Shown piece after piece: positions 33,314-45,900 of a stretch of 64,000 bases of DNA. The notes beneath the pieces were generated by a model. The model saw only the letters and a program-made list of their open reading frames with translations, was not told the origin of the DNA and made no database searches. Each line of letters begins with the position of its first letter. Position 1 is the stretch's first letter. Source of the stretch: Amphiscolops sp. MND2022 (taxonomy: Eukaryota); assembly GCA_964187785.1 (NCBI GenBank), contig OZ076409.1, forward strand, positions 23,996,001-24,060,000, given 5' to 3'. The position numbers and the translations under genes were made by a program.

Positions 33314-36300
33314 ATGGAGGTGATTTTGCTCTCTGACCACCAGGGGGAGAAGCTAGTTAGTGTGAATGGGCACCTGTACGTACATCACTCGACCTCGGGA
33401 CAGGCTATTGTGTGGAGATGCAAGGAGAGGGCCTCCAAGGGATGCCCCGCCAGACTGCGCACTTCTGTGCAGCTGACCAATCCTGTTACTGTCAATTCAC
33501 ACACACACGACCCCAATGAAGTTGATACTGCTGCCATCTTGAGGGTAAGTTTTGTAAACATGTTCAACTATCAACAAGCCGTGAACGGCCCAAACCGTCG
33601 CGCCCCGCTCAAGGTTCAAAACAGTAAAGTTTTTTGAATATGCAACAAGACGGGAACGTCTAAAGTCTAAAGTCTAAGGCTCAAAAAGCGCAATTTTTTT
33701 TTTTTAATTTTTGAATATTTTTTCTTTCAGAAAATGTCGCACAGTGCCGAAAAATGTAAAAGGGGGGACCCTTTGGGCTTTATCAACATATATTCTGTTG
33801 CAAAATATCAAAAAACTCGAAAGGGGGACTCTTTTGATACATTAAAAAATTTTTGAAAAAAAGTCACACAATGCCGAAAAAAAAATTGAAAGGGGGGACC
33901 CTTTAGTCTCGTCCGGTTTTGTCGGCTACGGTAAAATAGTAAAATATGAAAGGGGGGACCCTTTTGCACTAATTTCCGCTGACCGGACTTGGCCTTATGC
34001 TAGTAGTTTTAGTAGTTTCGATTGTAAGAAAAGTGGCCCAATCAGAGTGAGATTGTAGTCTGACGAAAAAAAAAAGAAAAAAAAACTAGCCACTGTAAGA
34101 GTCGGGCACTTTTCCTTAGAAAAGCGCCGACTAAAAAGACACTCTTGTTATAATTTTATCAGTTTTACAGTGCCGAAAACTTCCCGAAAGGATACGCAAG
34201 ACTCGAAAACCACTTTTTCCCCGGCTGGAAACAAAAAAACAAACATTTTTTGAAAGATATTTTTTGAAAACTTTCTTCGGAAAAAGTCTCCGAAAAGAAG
34301 CTTTGAGCTCGCAAAACGCTTTTTTGAAGCCGAAAACATTCATTATTGTTTCTGCTATAGCAGGAATAATATTGAAATCTGAATTATTGATCTTTTTTCA
34401 GTTCAATTTCTGTCGTGATTACGAGTGCCTACTGAAAAATTCAGATATTTTGTTCAGTGACTGTAAGCGTGAGAATTAAATTTCTCAAGCTGCCGACGAC
34501 AATTCAATTCTCGTGCGATGGAACGAGCGAGTGGTAATTATGCATTCGTACGCTGACGTCATTGAGATGAAGCGAACGAATGTTCGTAATTGTGCTTTCG
34601 TACGCCGAGTTATTGAGATAAAGCGAATGAGTGTTAAGTATTCGTTCGCCGAGAGCTTCGCCTGCATTCAAATGCGAATGCGAAACTTCGTCTACGCTTA
34701 GTAGTCATATTTTCTTTAGTCCGAGAAGAATTAAGGGCGGTGTAAACTGGTAGAGTGATTAATTGTGCGCTATATAAATGATTAAGATATGTTTCTATGA
34801 TTGAACATGAAAGCCTAAAAGGAGAAATAAAAATTTGACCCGCAGGGGCCAATCTTTTCCAATTTGTTTTAACGAAGCCCCCCCCCCCCGATTTTTACCA
34901 GAAACGCAACGTTTCGCGAGCATAGAGGACTCCATAGGGTTTTTGGCGCTATGTGACTTACGGGACTTTTTTGGGGAAAAATTTAAACTAAATTTTTTCC
35001 CTCAATTTTCCGCTTTTTGAAAGCCTCCTGTTGGGAAGTGGTTTTCGAGTCTTATGTGTATCCCTTGGAGTGTTTTTAGCACTGTAAAATAGATGAAGTT
35101 TAAACAAAAGTGTTCTTTTGCATATTCAAAAAACCTTACTTTTTTGAACCTTGAGCTGGGCACTATTTAAAAATTTTTATCTAATTTAAAGTGCCGAAAA
35201 ATAGCCGAAGGGAAGCGCATAAGACTCGAAAACCCTTTTTCCCCACTGGAAATCACAAAAAAGTAATGTTTTGATAAAAATTCGGGTTTTTCCTTTTTCC
35301 CATTACATCCGCAAAACGCTTTTTCCAAGCCAAAAGCCCATTTCTACTCTTTGTTCATCTTCGGATCCCATATCTGTAGCCACTGGGATATTCGGAGGTT
35401 GTTTCTTGGACAAAATTTTCATCTGACAATTGTGATATCGCTAAATTTTCATAGCATAAAACTTGATCTTCAAAATTAACTCCCTTGAGGTTCTTCAACA
35501 ATGCATTCTTCGGTATGCTGGATATACGTTACAGATAATACTTTTCAATTGTGGTTTCTGACTATATGGTTCATGAGCTTGGGGTGCATTCGTGTTTCCT
35601 TCGGATCGGAACATTCCATCAGATTCTGCCCTTGTTCAATGTAAGAAGCGCATCCCAACGAGGATCCTAATTGTCTCGGTTGTCCCTTTGTTTGACCTTT
35701 GACAATTTATGAATTTAAAAAGTAGGCAGTCGAATATGAGAACTTGAATTTGAGTTTTCGATACCACAAAAACTATGAAATCTTTGCCCTTGTCGTTTAG
35801 CTCACTCAGAATTACGTGGGAGGTAAGCAAGAACTCAAAAGTGGGGAAGATGAGCTGATTTCTTACTCTGCGACAGGGGCTGCTAATATAGAACCCAATA
35901 CCTTGTCAACCTCTGCATCTGGTGCTACCGCCTCTCACACTTTGACTGTCTCTGATGACGCCGTGCCGAAATACTTTTCCGACTACAGTATATCCGATAA
36001 CGAGCTCATTAACTCCGGCTACGTATCAGGTAGATATTTCATCAAATGAATATAATGACAGTGATATTCAAGATTATAGTTTCCAGTTTTTGAAAGTTAA
36101 CACCTGACGAAGTTAATGAAGGGTTGTCGGAGAACAAGTTAGCGGAGGAAAAACTTGAATCGGTGCCCTCTTGGAAGCTGAGCAGCGTAAGTTACTGAAA
36201 GCATTGAGAATGGTTGATGTTGGAATATGGTACCTATTTCGATGCATTAGAAAAATTCTGAACTTTTATAGGGCCGACAAACAATAGGCTACATTTAAAA

Positions 36301-39300
36301 TTGAAATTTGACATTGTAATCAGAGGAGCATCTCATATCTGGCTCATTTCAAGTTTTGATATCAAGTTTTGTAAATCAGTTTTAAAAACTTCAAGGCTGA
36401 TCTTGAAATGAGGCTATGATTGTTAAATGTCTGCAGGAGAATACGGGGGTGCTTTGGACCCTGATTACGAGAACGACTACATTGATCCAAATGACCCTCC
36501 TTACGAAGAGGAAGAACACGTACCTGCTAGGAAGAGAACTAGTGAGGAGCCGAGAAGGAAAAGACGCATAAAGAAAGTTACGGTGGGTCTTTCCAAGCCA
36601 CAGTCCGCAGATGAGTCAGAGACTTCAAAGCCTCAGGAATTCAGTTTGCTGTCTGGCTTGTTCGGAGGCGAGGCAAAGAAGAAAAGGAAGAAGAAACCGA
36701 ACACTCTTAAAGGACCAACAAGCAAGGACATGCCTCCCGAGCCCAGATATGTGAGCGATATTCGCCTGGAAGGTAATTGAAAGAGCTCATTGTTTGAGTT
36801 TTCCCACTATAATTAACCATGTGAAGTGCTAGTGTGGATAAATTCGAGAATTTTTTAAAAATGACTTCAGTCAAATGTGTTTGAGTAGTCTTCACTGCGG
36901 TAGTCATATTGCATCGTATTATTTTGTGTTCCGTGTGGTTTCCGGACATTACGCCCTGCCATTATGGAGAAGATAAAAAATGTCCGAAATACCCCAAACA
37001 CAGGAGCAACGTATTATTACCTGTCTAGTGCCTGGTTTTGACGAAGGCCAATCTGGACGGGCACGAAGCGCCCCGGAAGGAGGAAGACCGAGTCGTACGG
37101 TTTTTTCCAAATTATTGGGCGTAATATCTGCTTTGCGAGTAATGTCCGTTTTGGGCGTAATGTCCTAGAACAGTTCAGTGTATTATCGAAATTGAAGTGT
37201 TGGTAATGAAATGGATTGCTTAGGAATCTGGACGGTGACAGATAGCACTAACCCGCAGAGGTTTCTGCTGTACGACAACCACGAGGACAATCCCGAACGG
37301 AGGGTGGTTCTGTTCATGACGGACGACCACCTTCGCATCCTCATGACCACCAACCGTGTCCACATGGAGTCTTCCGCCCCTGTGCCTCCGACCATCTTTG
37401 CCCAACTCTACTTAATTCAGGTAACACCACATCTTGAAACCATTCAAAAACGGGTTTTATAATCCCATTTTTCATAAGTCAATTTTCTTGACTAAATCAA
37501 ACTTTATTTTCATTTGCTTTAAACGGGTCGAAATCGAAAACGCTTGATATAAGTTATGAAAACCTGAATCCTGTGTTCCTCCTGAATCAACTCTTTCACG
37601 ACAAAGTATGTTCTTGAGTATTCGGAAAAGGGCACAGATTTAAAAAAGCGGAACTGCTTATTCGGCGTGCACTCCCCGGGTAATGGGAAAATTTTTCTTC
37701 TTTCCTGATGAACCTAAAATGTTAATTTTTGTTTCAGGCTTCCTTAGTTGATAGTAACCACATCGTGACTTTGGGCTACGCTTTCATGGGATCTAGACTG
37801 GAACAGTCTTATGTGGAAGTGTTCCAAGCTATCCTCAGCAAAGCCAAAGACCTCAATCTACCTCCTATGTCCTTCCAGACAGGAACTGTCTTTTTGGACT
37901 ATGAAAAGCCGGCTATCAACGCCTTGAAGCGAGTTTTTGGAAGTAACATCAGAATTGAAGGTCGCTTCTTCCACTTGAACCGCATTGTGTGGAAGAAGAT
38001 TCAAAATTTAGATTTAGTGGTGGCCTGTCAAGTCTCAGAAGACTTCAAATTATACGTCGCCCAACTTGTGTGTCTCGCCTTTTTGCCTACTGAGGATGTG
38101 CGCCAGGGTTAGTTGCATTTTTTTTGAAACGAAAACGAATTTTAACGAAGTACACCGTGTTACCGTCTCTTCCCCGCTTGGTCCTAACCTTTTTCGATAT
38201 TCATCATCGCTGACTTTCAACTTAATTTGACCGTTTCGTCTTGTGAAAAGTAGCGTGATCGCCGATGGTTTTCTGTTGTAATCATCAGTTGTAAAACTTA
38301 ATCCTTCGACGGTAAAATCTTTAAATCGTATTGAATTTTTACACGATTTTGATTTTTTTTTCGAACAATATCTTTCCAATTCGCTGGATTTCCATTTGTA
38401 TAGCTTTTTTGGAAGACAGAATGGTGAAAAGCTGTCAATGCAAGTTATACTGGCACGCATAAAAGTGTGACGTATTTGTTACATAGAAACGCTTTTTCTA
38501 GAAAGTGGGAAGCTTTGCGGGTGGTTCGTGAATAAATTTCTTCCAATTTAATATCTGCATGTATGTTGTGCAGTGTATGATGGACAAGTTTTGTATCATT
38601 TCATGCGTTTGTATGATTCAGGCATGCTGCATTTGAAGCAGACAGCTCCAGGCGGCTCGGAAACAGCCAAGATAGATTTGTTGCTCGACTGGTTTGACTC
38701 CACTTTCGTCTCAGGGGCAGTAAAGGCAACGAGAATAACACACTCCGCCAAGTCAAAGGTAAGTAAATACAGCAATTCATCCAGCGAAAAATATTTTGAA
38801 CACAACCTGTTCCTCGAGAATTTCAGTTTTTAGTCGGCGCTTTTCGTAGAAAAACGCAGACTATAGTAGTGACTTTTTTTTAATCGGCGCTTTTCGTAGA
38901 AAGACGCAGACTATAGTAGTGACTTTTCTTTTTTTTAAGACCAACGAAGTGACAGATTTTATAAGCTTTATAAGCTGGCTTCCACTAACTGCATAAAGAC
39001 TACTGGCACTTGGCATAGAGTTTAATTAGGCTTTTTTGAGGTCTGCCGAGCAGAAGGACATGGGTTCGAGTCCCGCCCATGACCAAAAATTTTTTTGTGC
39101 AGGTTTTTTCGGCATGGTGAGACTTTTTTCGCAATTTTTTTTAATATCTCCAAAGGGTCCCCCTTCACTTTTTTTCTATTTTGCAAAAGAATGGATGTTC
39201 AAAAACTCTCAAAGGCCCCTTTTTACCTTTTTCGGCACTATGCGACTTACCGGAGACCAAAAAAAATTCGGAAATATTTTCAATTTTTTTCTCACGCGGG

Positions 39301-41194
39301 TACTGTAGAAGAGAATACTTGACACTTTGAAGTCCTTTTGCTATTTTTGAGCCTTAGATATGGGGCCGACTTGGGCCGTTCCCTGCTTGTTTGAAGTAGG
39401 TCTTTGTTCAAGTATCGGAACCTTTCAAAGGGTATCAACTAACTCATCAGCAAAACTAAGAAATTTCACCATTTTGAGTCGAGTGGTGTATTACTGAATT
39501 ACTTTTGTGTTTGTCGATATCAATGAAATAACCATTCCTAGGATTGTATTATGTTTCTGATATATCTCTAATTTCTGCCGTCTTTCCGAAACTTCTGTAT
39601 AACTTTGAAAATGAAGGGTTTGTTGGGTATGTTGAAGGGAATCTCCAAGATGCTTGCCAGCCATATCACAACAGGCGCTGCTGCGGCCACTGAGACTATA
39701 GAGCTACACCAGAACAATGCACCGTTTCCTCCAGAGAAGTGGAACTTTCACGACGCCATCGTGTCTGCCAGCACAAGGAGTGATAACCTCTTAGAGGGCT
39801 CCTATTGGACCATTAAACATCTCATTGGCAAGTGCTGCTACATTCATTCCTACATTAAAATGCTTGTTCATTTGTTCTATTGCGACCCAAATTTCTATGA
39901 TACTGTCAATAGATGAAGGTATAAACTTGATATATTAGGAGAATCGAAAAATTCATGTCTAACTTCGTTCACGAACAATATTGTGTTCAGCTATTGTTAT
40001 ACACCGTTCAAATGTCGAATTTGGCTCATTGAATCACATGGCTTATTAGCGTGGTCATCTTATAAATTGTATATTTTTATTATTTCTGCGATAGCAGGAA
40101 TATTAGTGAAATCTGAAGATGTCTACTTTTTTTCAGTAAAATTCTCGCACGATACTGAATAATTCAGATATTTTGTTCGGCAGTGTTTGTAAGCGTGAGA
40201 ATTAAATTTCTCATGCTGCCGACGGCAATTCAATTCTTGTGCGATGGAACGAGCGAGTGGTAATTATGCATTCGTACGCTGACGTCATTGAGATGAAGCG
40301 AACGAATGTTCGTAATTGTGCTTTCTTTGCGCCGAGTTATTGAGATGAAGCGAATGAGTGTCAATTATTGGTTCGCGGAGAGCTTCGCGTGCATTCAAAT
40401 ATATATTTGCTTTAGTCCGAGATTTACTACTATTACTACTAAAAGACTGAATTGATTCTAGTCAGAAATGGATTCTAGAAAGAAATACTTGATGATATTT
40501 ACATGTACAGATTTTTTTAACAGATTTAAAGGCGGCATAAACTGTTACAGTAATTAATTGTGCGCTAAATAATGATTAAACAGGAGTGTATTGGTATTCT
40601 AGATATGATTCTATTATTAATGAAAGATTAAAGCAGAAATAATAGTGTGCCCCGGAGGGGCCTATTTTTATATTGAGAGCAGTAGACTCTACTGCTTGCA
40701 GCGGATTGACACTGAGAAACTTTCCGACGAGCCCTCCCTTCAACATTGGCAAATGCAACATTTTTCATCTTTTCAGCTTAGGTTCTCGATACGTACTGTC
40801 CCTTTCTCTTTTTTAAACTGTTAAGATAATAGTTCTGATAATGTAGTCAAAAGCCACATCTACTGGTAAAATTGATTTTTCTTGGTTTCTAAAAAAAATA
40901 ATTTTAACTTGACCGCTGTGTTAATTATGTTGAAACATCTTCATCGTCTCAGGTCACAACAGGCCCTCGTTCTACCGCGCAATCAAGTACTTGCGCATGG
41001 AAGAGAACTGGGCGACTAAGCGTATCGAGGATCATGAGCACGGGAGACTTCTGCTGCCTCGCATCACGAGGAAGAATCTTCTGCAGATGCAAGACAAGAT
41101 CTCCAGGTACTGTGTGTCCTACAGGGAAGGAGACATTGACATGAGCACCTTTCTCATGGCCGTGGCCAAGACCATCCGTCTGGGAGAAATGTAA
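33314..41194 (+). CDS. FLYWCH zinc finger + MULE (Mutator) transposase-derived gene; exons 33314-33544, 35801-36029, 36437-36772, 37224-37420, 37738-38107, 38622-38758, ~39638-39827, 40953-41194
   Basis: FLYWCH: WRC..R....CPA...HTH. MULE motifs: FLLYD, FAQLY, DYEK.AINA, GRFFHL, LAFLP, FPPEKWN, RSDNLLEG. All exon phases are compatible. The exon-7 acceptor and exons 2-3 are less certain. Confidence 0.78.
33572..34136 (-). mobile_element. HINE-like copy (intronic)
   Basis: AACAAGCCGTGAACGGCCC and AACAAGACGGGAACG heads plus an AAAAGCGCCGACTAAAA end. Confidence 0.72.
34352..34850 (+). repeat. Dispersed repeat family A (copies also ~40083-40668, ~44357-44649, ~54523-54966)
   Basis: Shared GAGATGAAGCGAACGA, GAGAGCTTCGC..GCATTC, AATTGTGCGC and GGGGCC(T/A)AT segments; most copies also share GCGTGAG..TTAAATTTC. 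Class not assigned. Confidence 0.8.
38828..39392 (+). mobile_element. HINE-like copy in the opposite orientation, with a duplicated end and a tRNA-like internal segment
   Basis: Runs TTTTAGTCGGCGCTTTTCGTAGAAAAACGCAGACTA to GACTTGGGCCGTTCCCTGCTTGTT. Confidence 0.75.
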
Positions 41195-42964
41195 ATTATT
41201 TTGTATTCTACAGTAGTCTACTCTTGTTCACTTTTATTTTTCTTGCTTTTGTACTTCTTTATGTTCAATTCCAATTCAATTTTGATCAAGCTATTTTTCA
41301 TATCTGTAGACTAGAATTGTTGCTTCCGTGTCTTACAAGGATGATTGGGGAGCTTGCGTTTCAGCTAGAAAACGTGATTTTGCCTTGCCAAAATCATTGC
41401 AACAATAAATGGCCCCAAAGAGATAATTGTTTTCTGAAACAATTATATGTAGCCAAATTCTACGGACGCTGGACCATTTTTGAAGCGTTGAAATCCCATT
41501 GTTTTTTAACGAAATGTTTACCTATTTACGAAATGCATTTACTTCAACTCTCAGCACGTAGTATAACTTTCTTATCAGCTAGAGGATACATTTATCGACA
41601 TTAAGTAATCGAGTGTTCACTAATTGATCATTCGCTGAAAGCTTCACCCGTTTTAAATTAAGGAATCAAAGGGTCATAACAGCCTAATAAAAATATACCG
41701 TACAAGATTCGGATCCTTTCATCCTAAATTATTTTGCAGCAAAGTTGAAATTTTTCTGAGAAATCTATTTGAAATTGAAGTTCTACTTCTGAGATTTTTG
41801 AAGGAAATAATTTCATCACGAATGAAAATTTATGAGGAAAAGATAAAGTTCTCAGATTTTATTGGGAACTTTTACATTAGCAGAAATATTACTGCGCCTG
41901 TGCCCCAAAGGGGTTCATTGTTTTACTCGATTTCTTTTGTATTGTTTTTCATCGAAAAATAACTGCCTTAAGAGTGATATAAATGGTACCGATTATTTCG
42001 AGGAGTACTTGACAGAAATGAGAAAAATTTTTAAATTAAAGATAGTTTTCCCAGACTTTTCAAACGTTCTGATCTGTCGATTCTTAGTCGAAAGTGAGCT
42101 AGTTTCGCGCGGTCCTTATCTTTGACATATCTTGATCGGAAAAAAGCAGAACATTTTTTTCCTAATTCTTTCTCATTCGCCGCAAATCAACTCTAATCCC
42201 AAACCTATGGTATGTGTGAATCAACTGAACCCTAATCATACAATTTTGTTAAACTTCAAAAGTTTCTCTTGAATTCCTGAGAGCCTATGGTTGCTCAAAA
42301 AGAAAAATGGGATTTTTTGAAAAGCATTTTTAAGGCAATAATTGGTTAGTAGTGAATTCATTTTACAGTTTCACAGTTAACACTTTTTATTCAGTTTCAC
42401 GATAACATTCTTCTTCGGTTCTCTAACTTGATTCTTCAATTTTGAAGGTTAACTACCCTAAGATTAATTTCAATTGAGTTTTTTTGAGATTTTTTCGAGG
42501 AAAGTAGTGGTAAAAGTAATTTTTGAACGATTTCAAATTTTCGATCGTTTCCCTCAAAATCGTTTAACTCAAAGCCTTCCGTACCGAGCCTAATGAAAGG
42601 GTTTCGATTCTAGATTCAATCAGGTAAACAAATATCCAGCTTTTTGATTTCATTTTGTGTTCTGTTTTAAGTTCCCGAGAAACTACAGTCAGTCAAAAGA
42701 AATAAATTTCGAAAGTTTTCAAAGCCAAAATTCATTTGGTTAACAGTAAATTCGTTTGCCAATAATCAATTGCCAACAAAAAACAGTTCTCTGTGTCACA
42801 TGCTGCCAAGACATTTTGTCTATAGTCTTGATATGAGTTTATTAAAAACTTGAACTCAACTGAGGAAAGTACGGAGAAGACTTGCTGACAATCTGAAAGA
42901 AATATTGTAGCAAACTATTTTGAACTAATACAACACGTGTTAATATAATCAAGAAATATGAAAG

Positions 42965-45900
42965 TCAAAAATCCCAAAGTGAGCTGAAACGACGAAACTG
43001 GCGAATAGCTTTCTTGCCTGAACGATTCCAGAGGAAAAGAGCTGTAGCCACGAATGTTACGGAACACCACACAGCCAACACTATCCCCCATGGAAAAGAC
43101 TCTTTCTTCCTCAGGCACCTACAAGATGTATGCACTATAAATAAAGGTTGTTTCGAAAATTTTAATTTTCAGCAACACCTTGATGAATTATGTTTACCCA
43201 GTAGTTTGAAACAGTTTTCGAGTTACTGAATATTTCGGGTTACTGAGAAATTCTCAAGTTCTTTTTGCTACGAAAACAAGCAACATGATTTCCAATGCAA
43301 AAGATATAGACTTCAAGGGTTACTTATCCCCGTGTCATGATGAAATCCGTTCAAAGGAATGACGAAGGTGTTGAATGCCTTAATTTTGTTTATAACTTAT
43401 GATCATCTGCCTTTGATGAAGTTTATAAAACTGGCTACTCCTGACCTGTAGCTGGAATGAGATGAGTCACACTGACATTGTACTAGAGAGGGGCCATCTG
43501 GAAGACAGACGCTGTTGTCGCCAGGACAACTCTTGGACTCACAAGCGTCGATCTGGTCCTCACAAGTTGTCTTTTTCTCACCATCTGTGATGTACTTCCA
43601 CGTCGTGAACCCATTCCCTGGACATAAATGCCCACCGGGCATCTCCAACTTGTATAGATTGTAAAGACCTCGGAAATCGTCGGTTTGTTCTTCTGAATTG
43701 TCAACGAAGCAAAATTACCCTAGGTTGAAAAAAATGTAATTCTTGAAAATATCTTGCAAGATGTCTTGCAAGATCTTGCAAGTCAGTGCATTATTCTTGC
43801 AAAATGTCTTGCAAGATTTTTGCTAGAAATGAATTGACATTGTGTTATACTTGCTGGGGAAGTGTCGAACTTTCAAGATATTTGCATGCTTCGACTGAAA
43901 ATTGATCATAGGCGTACATTTTTGGAAAAAAACGCACAAAAACAAGAGAAAAATCATCTTTTTTGACAATTGGTGAAGCTGTTGACTACGTTATCATAAC
44001 ACAGTTGTTATCTTGCAAGATTTGCATGGTCTTGCAAGATTCTTGCACGACTGGCATTCTAATTTATTATCTTGCAAGATTTGCATTGTCTTGCAAGACT
44101 GGCATCGGCTTGCAAGAATACCATGTTTTGTAAGAAACTTGCAAGATAAGTGCAAGATTTCAATTTCTTCCAAACTAGGGTAGTATGATTTCTTCAAACA
44201 GTATGAGATGAACAAGTATTAATTGTGCGTAAGTTGAAATGTTGTAGAAGCCGTAGATGTGATCTTTTCCAAACTTCTATCGTCTCACTTTCGTCGACGA
44301 TTCTGGTCGTTGTGAGGCAGCGCTACTCCAAGTCTTCAACTAGTTTATTTGATTCTCGTAATTGCGAGGAAAGGCTTTCATTAAGATGAAGCGAACGAGT
44401 GTTAATTATTCGTACGTCGAGAGCTTCGCATGCATTCGAATGCGAAACGCGATATGCGCTTCGTACTTTCATTATCTTCAGTCCGAGAAGAATCAAAGCC
44501 GTTGTAAACTCGCTGGTGCAGTGATAAATTGTGCGCCATATAATGAATTAACAGAAGTTATTTCAGATGTTTTTATTATTGGACGTTGAAGTTAATGGTG
44601 GTTGTAAACTCAAGCAGAAATATTACTGTGCCCCAAGGGGGCCTATTTTTGAAAAATGCTGTCAGCAAGTTTCAATCAGGTAAGGGCCAGGTGCTTTTTT
44701 CTACTGAAAGGTCTTCCTGAAACCTTACAATTCTATGTCGTTGCAGATGTCCTATCTTTATATTATGTACAAAAACACAAATTAAAAACATTTGATTCGA
44801 CGGAAGGTCATGTGTGTGTGTGAAAAATGTCGAATACTTTTCTACTTCTGCTTCGCCATGCAGTGGAAAGTTCACTTCACAAGTTGGATGTAACAGACTA
44901 ACTAACCAAAGTTGTTTTCTTGAAGAGAAAGAACTTGGATAGAATTCAAGACATTGCCCAGTCTTTGCAAACATGTGGCGTCAGTGATTTCACAGCTACG
45001 CAGATCCAGTCCAATAAGTGCCATGCTTGTGCCGTTGAAACAACACCTATCTTCTTCTATGCCCTGAACAATTCAAATGCCAAATAGTCTGAATTTTTCC
45101 AGGTCTGTGGACTTATAATTACAAGCGGATCGGAAATCTTTTCACTTGGACGCCACAAAACGATCGATTTCAAAGCGTAACAAAATAACCGATTTTTGAA
45201 ACGTAGCAAAAGGACCTGATCAGCTACGAAGACACACATAGTGCCCTATGTACAGGAGCGAAGCGGAGTGACGTGCCATTACCGGTATTCTAGTGGCTAG
45301 TTTTGACGAAGGCCGACTCGGAGGGCACAAACCGCTCCGTAAGGAGGAACGCAGAGTTATAATAACTTTATCAAAAGATGCTAAATTGGTCATTTTGCTA
45401 CATCCGAAATTTTGTTACGTTTCCAAATGCGGCCATTTTGTTACACTTTAGAAATAAGCCCTTTTGGTATGTGATGATTGGCCATTTATTTTGTGGTGCT
45501 TTCATTTCCACGCATTTCAGATTCATTAAAAACTTCTTGCAAAATGTACAATTTTTTTAGAAGCTGAAAAATTGATGAATCTAGCCGTGCTTACTTTTTA
45601 AGTCGTACTACCGCTGAACTATTCTTTAGTTTTGCTCAACTAGCGCACGCTCATAGCAGCTTGTAAGATAAATTATAGGCAGGAACGATTATTGGCTATA
45701 TGATAAATAGCTGGGAGGTTTTTCACAGGAGGACTGCTCAAACTCATCACTGAACAGTATTCGCTTTACTCCGGTGAACAAAATCTATTCTCTTTTAAAG
45801 TACTAAAGCTTATATTTCAAGATTTGGATTCTAAGTGGTTTTGATGCACAAGGCCGTTGTGTAAAGGTACAGGGTTGCCGTTTTTTATGGGTCAAGAAAT

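Noticed and set aside
36097..36186. Possible extra exon (LTPDEVNEG...WKLSS) in the FLYWCH-MULE gene
   Set aside because: Its open frame is phase 0/0 while the flanking junction is phase 1; it is not included without transcript evidence.
39004..39085. Functional tRNA gene
   Set aside because: No proper cloverleaf or acceptor stem, an internal T-run, and it lies inside a repeat.
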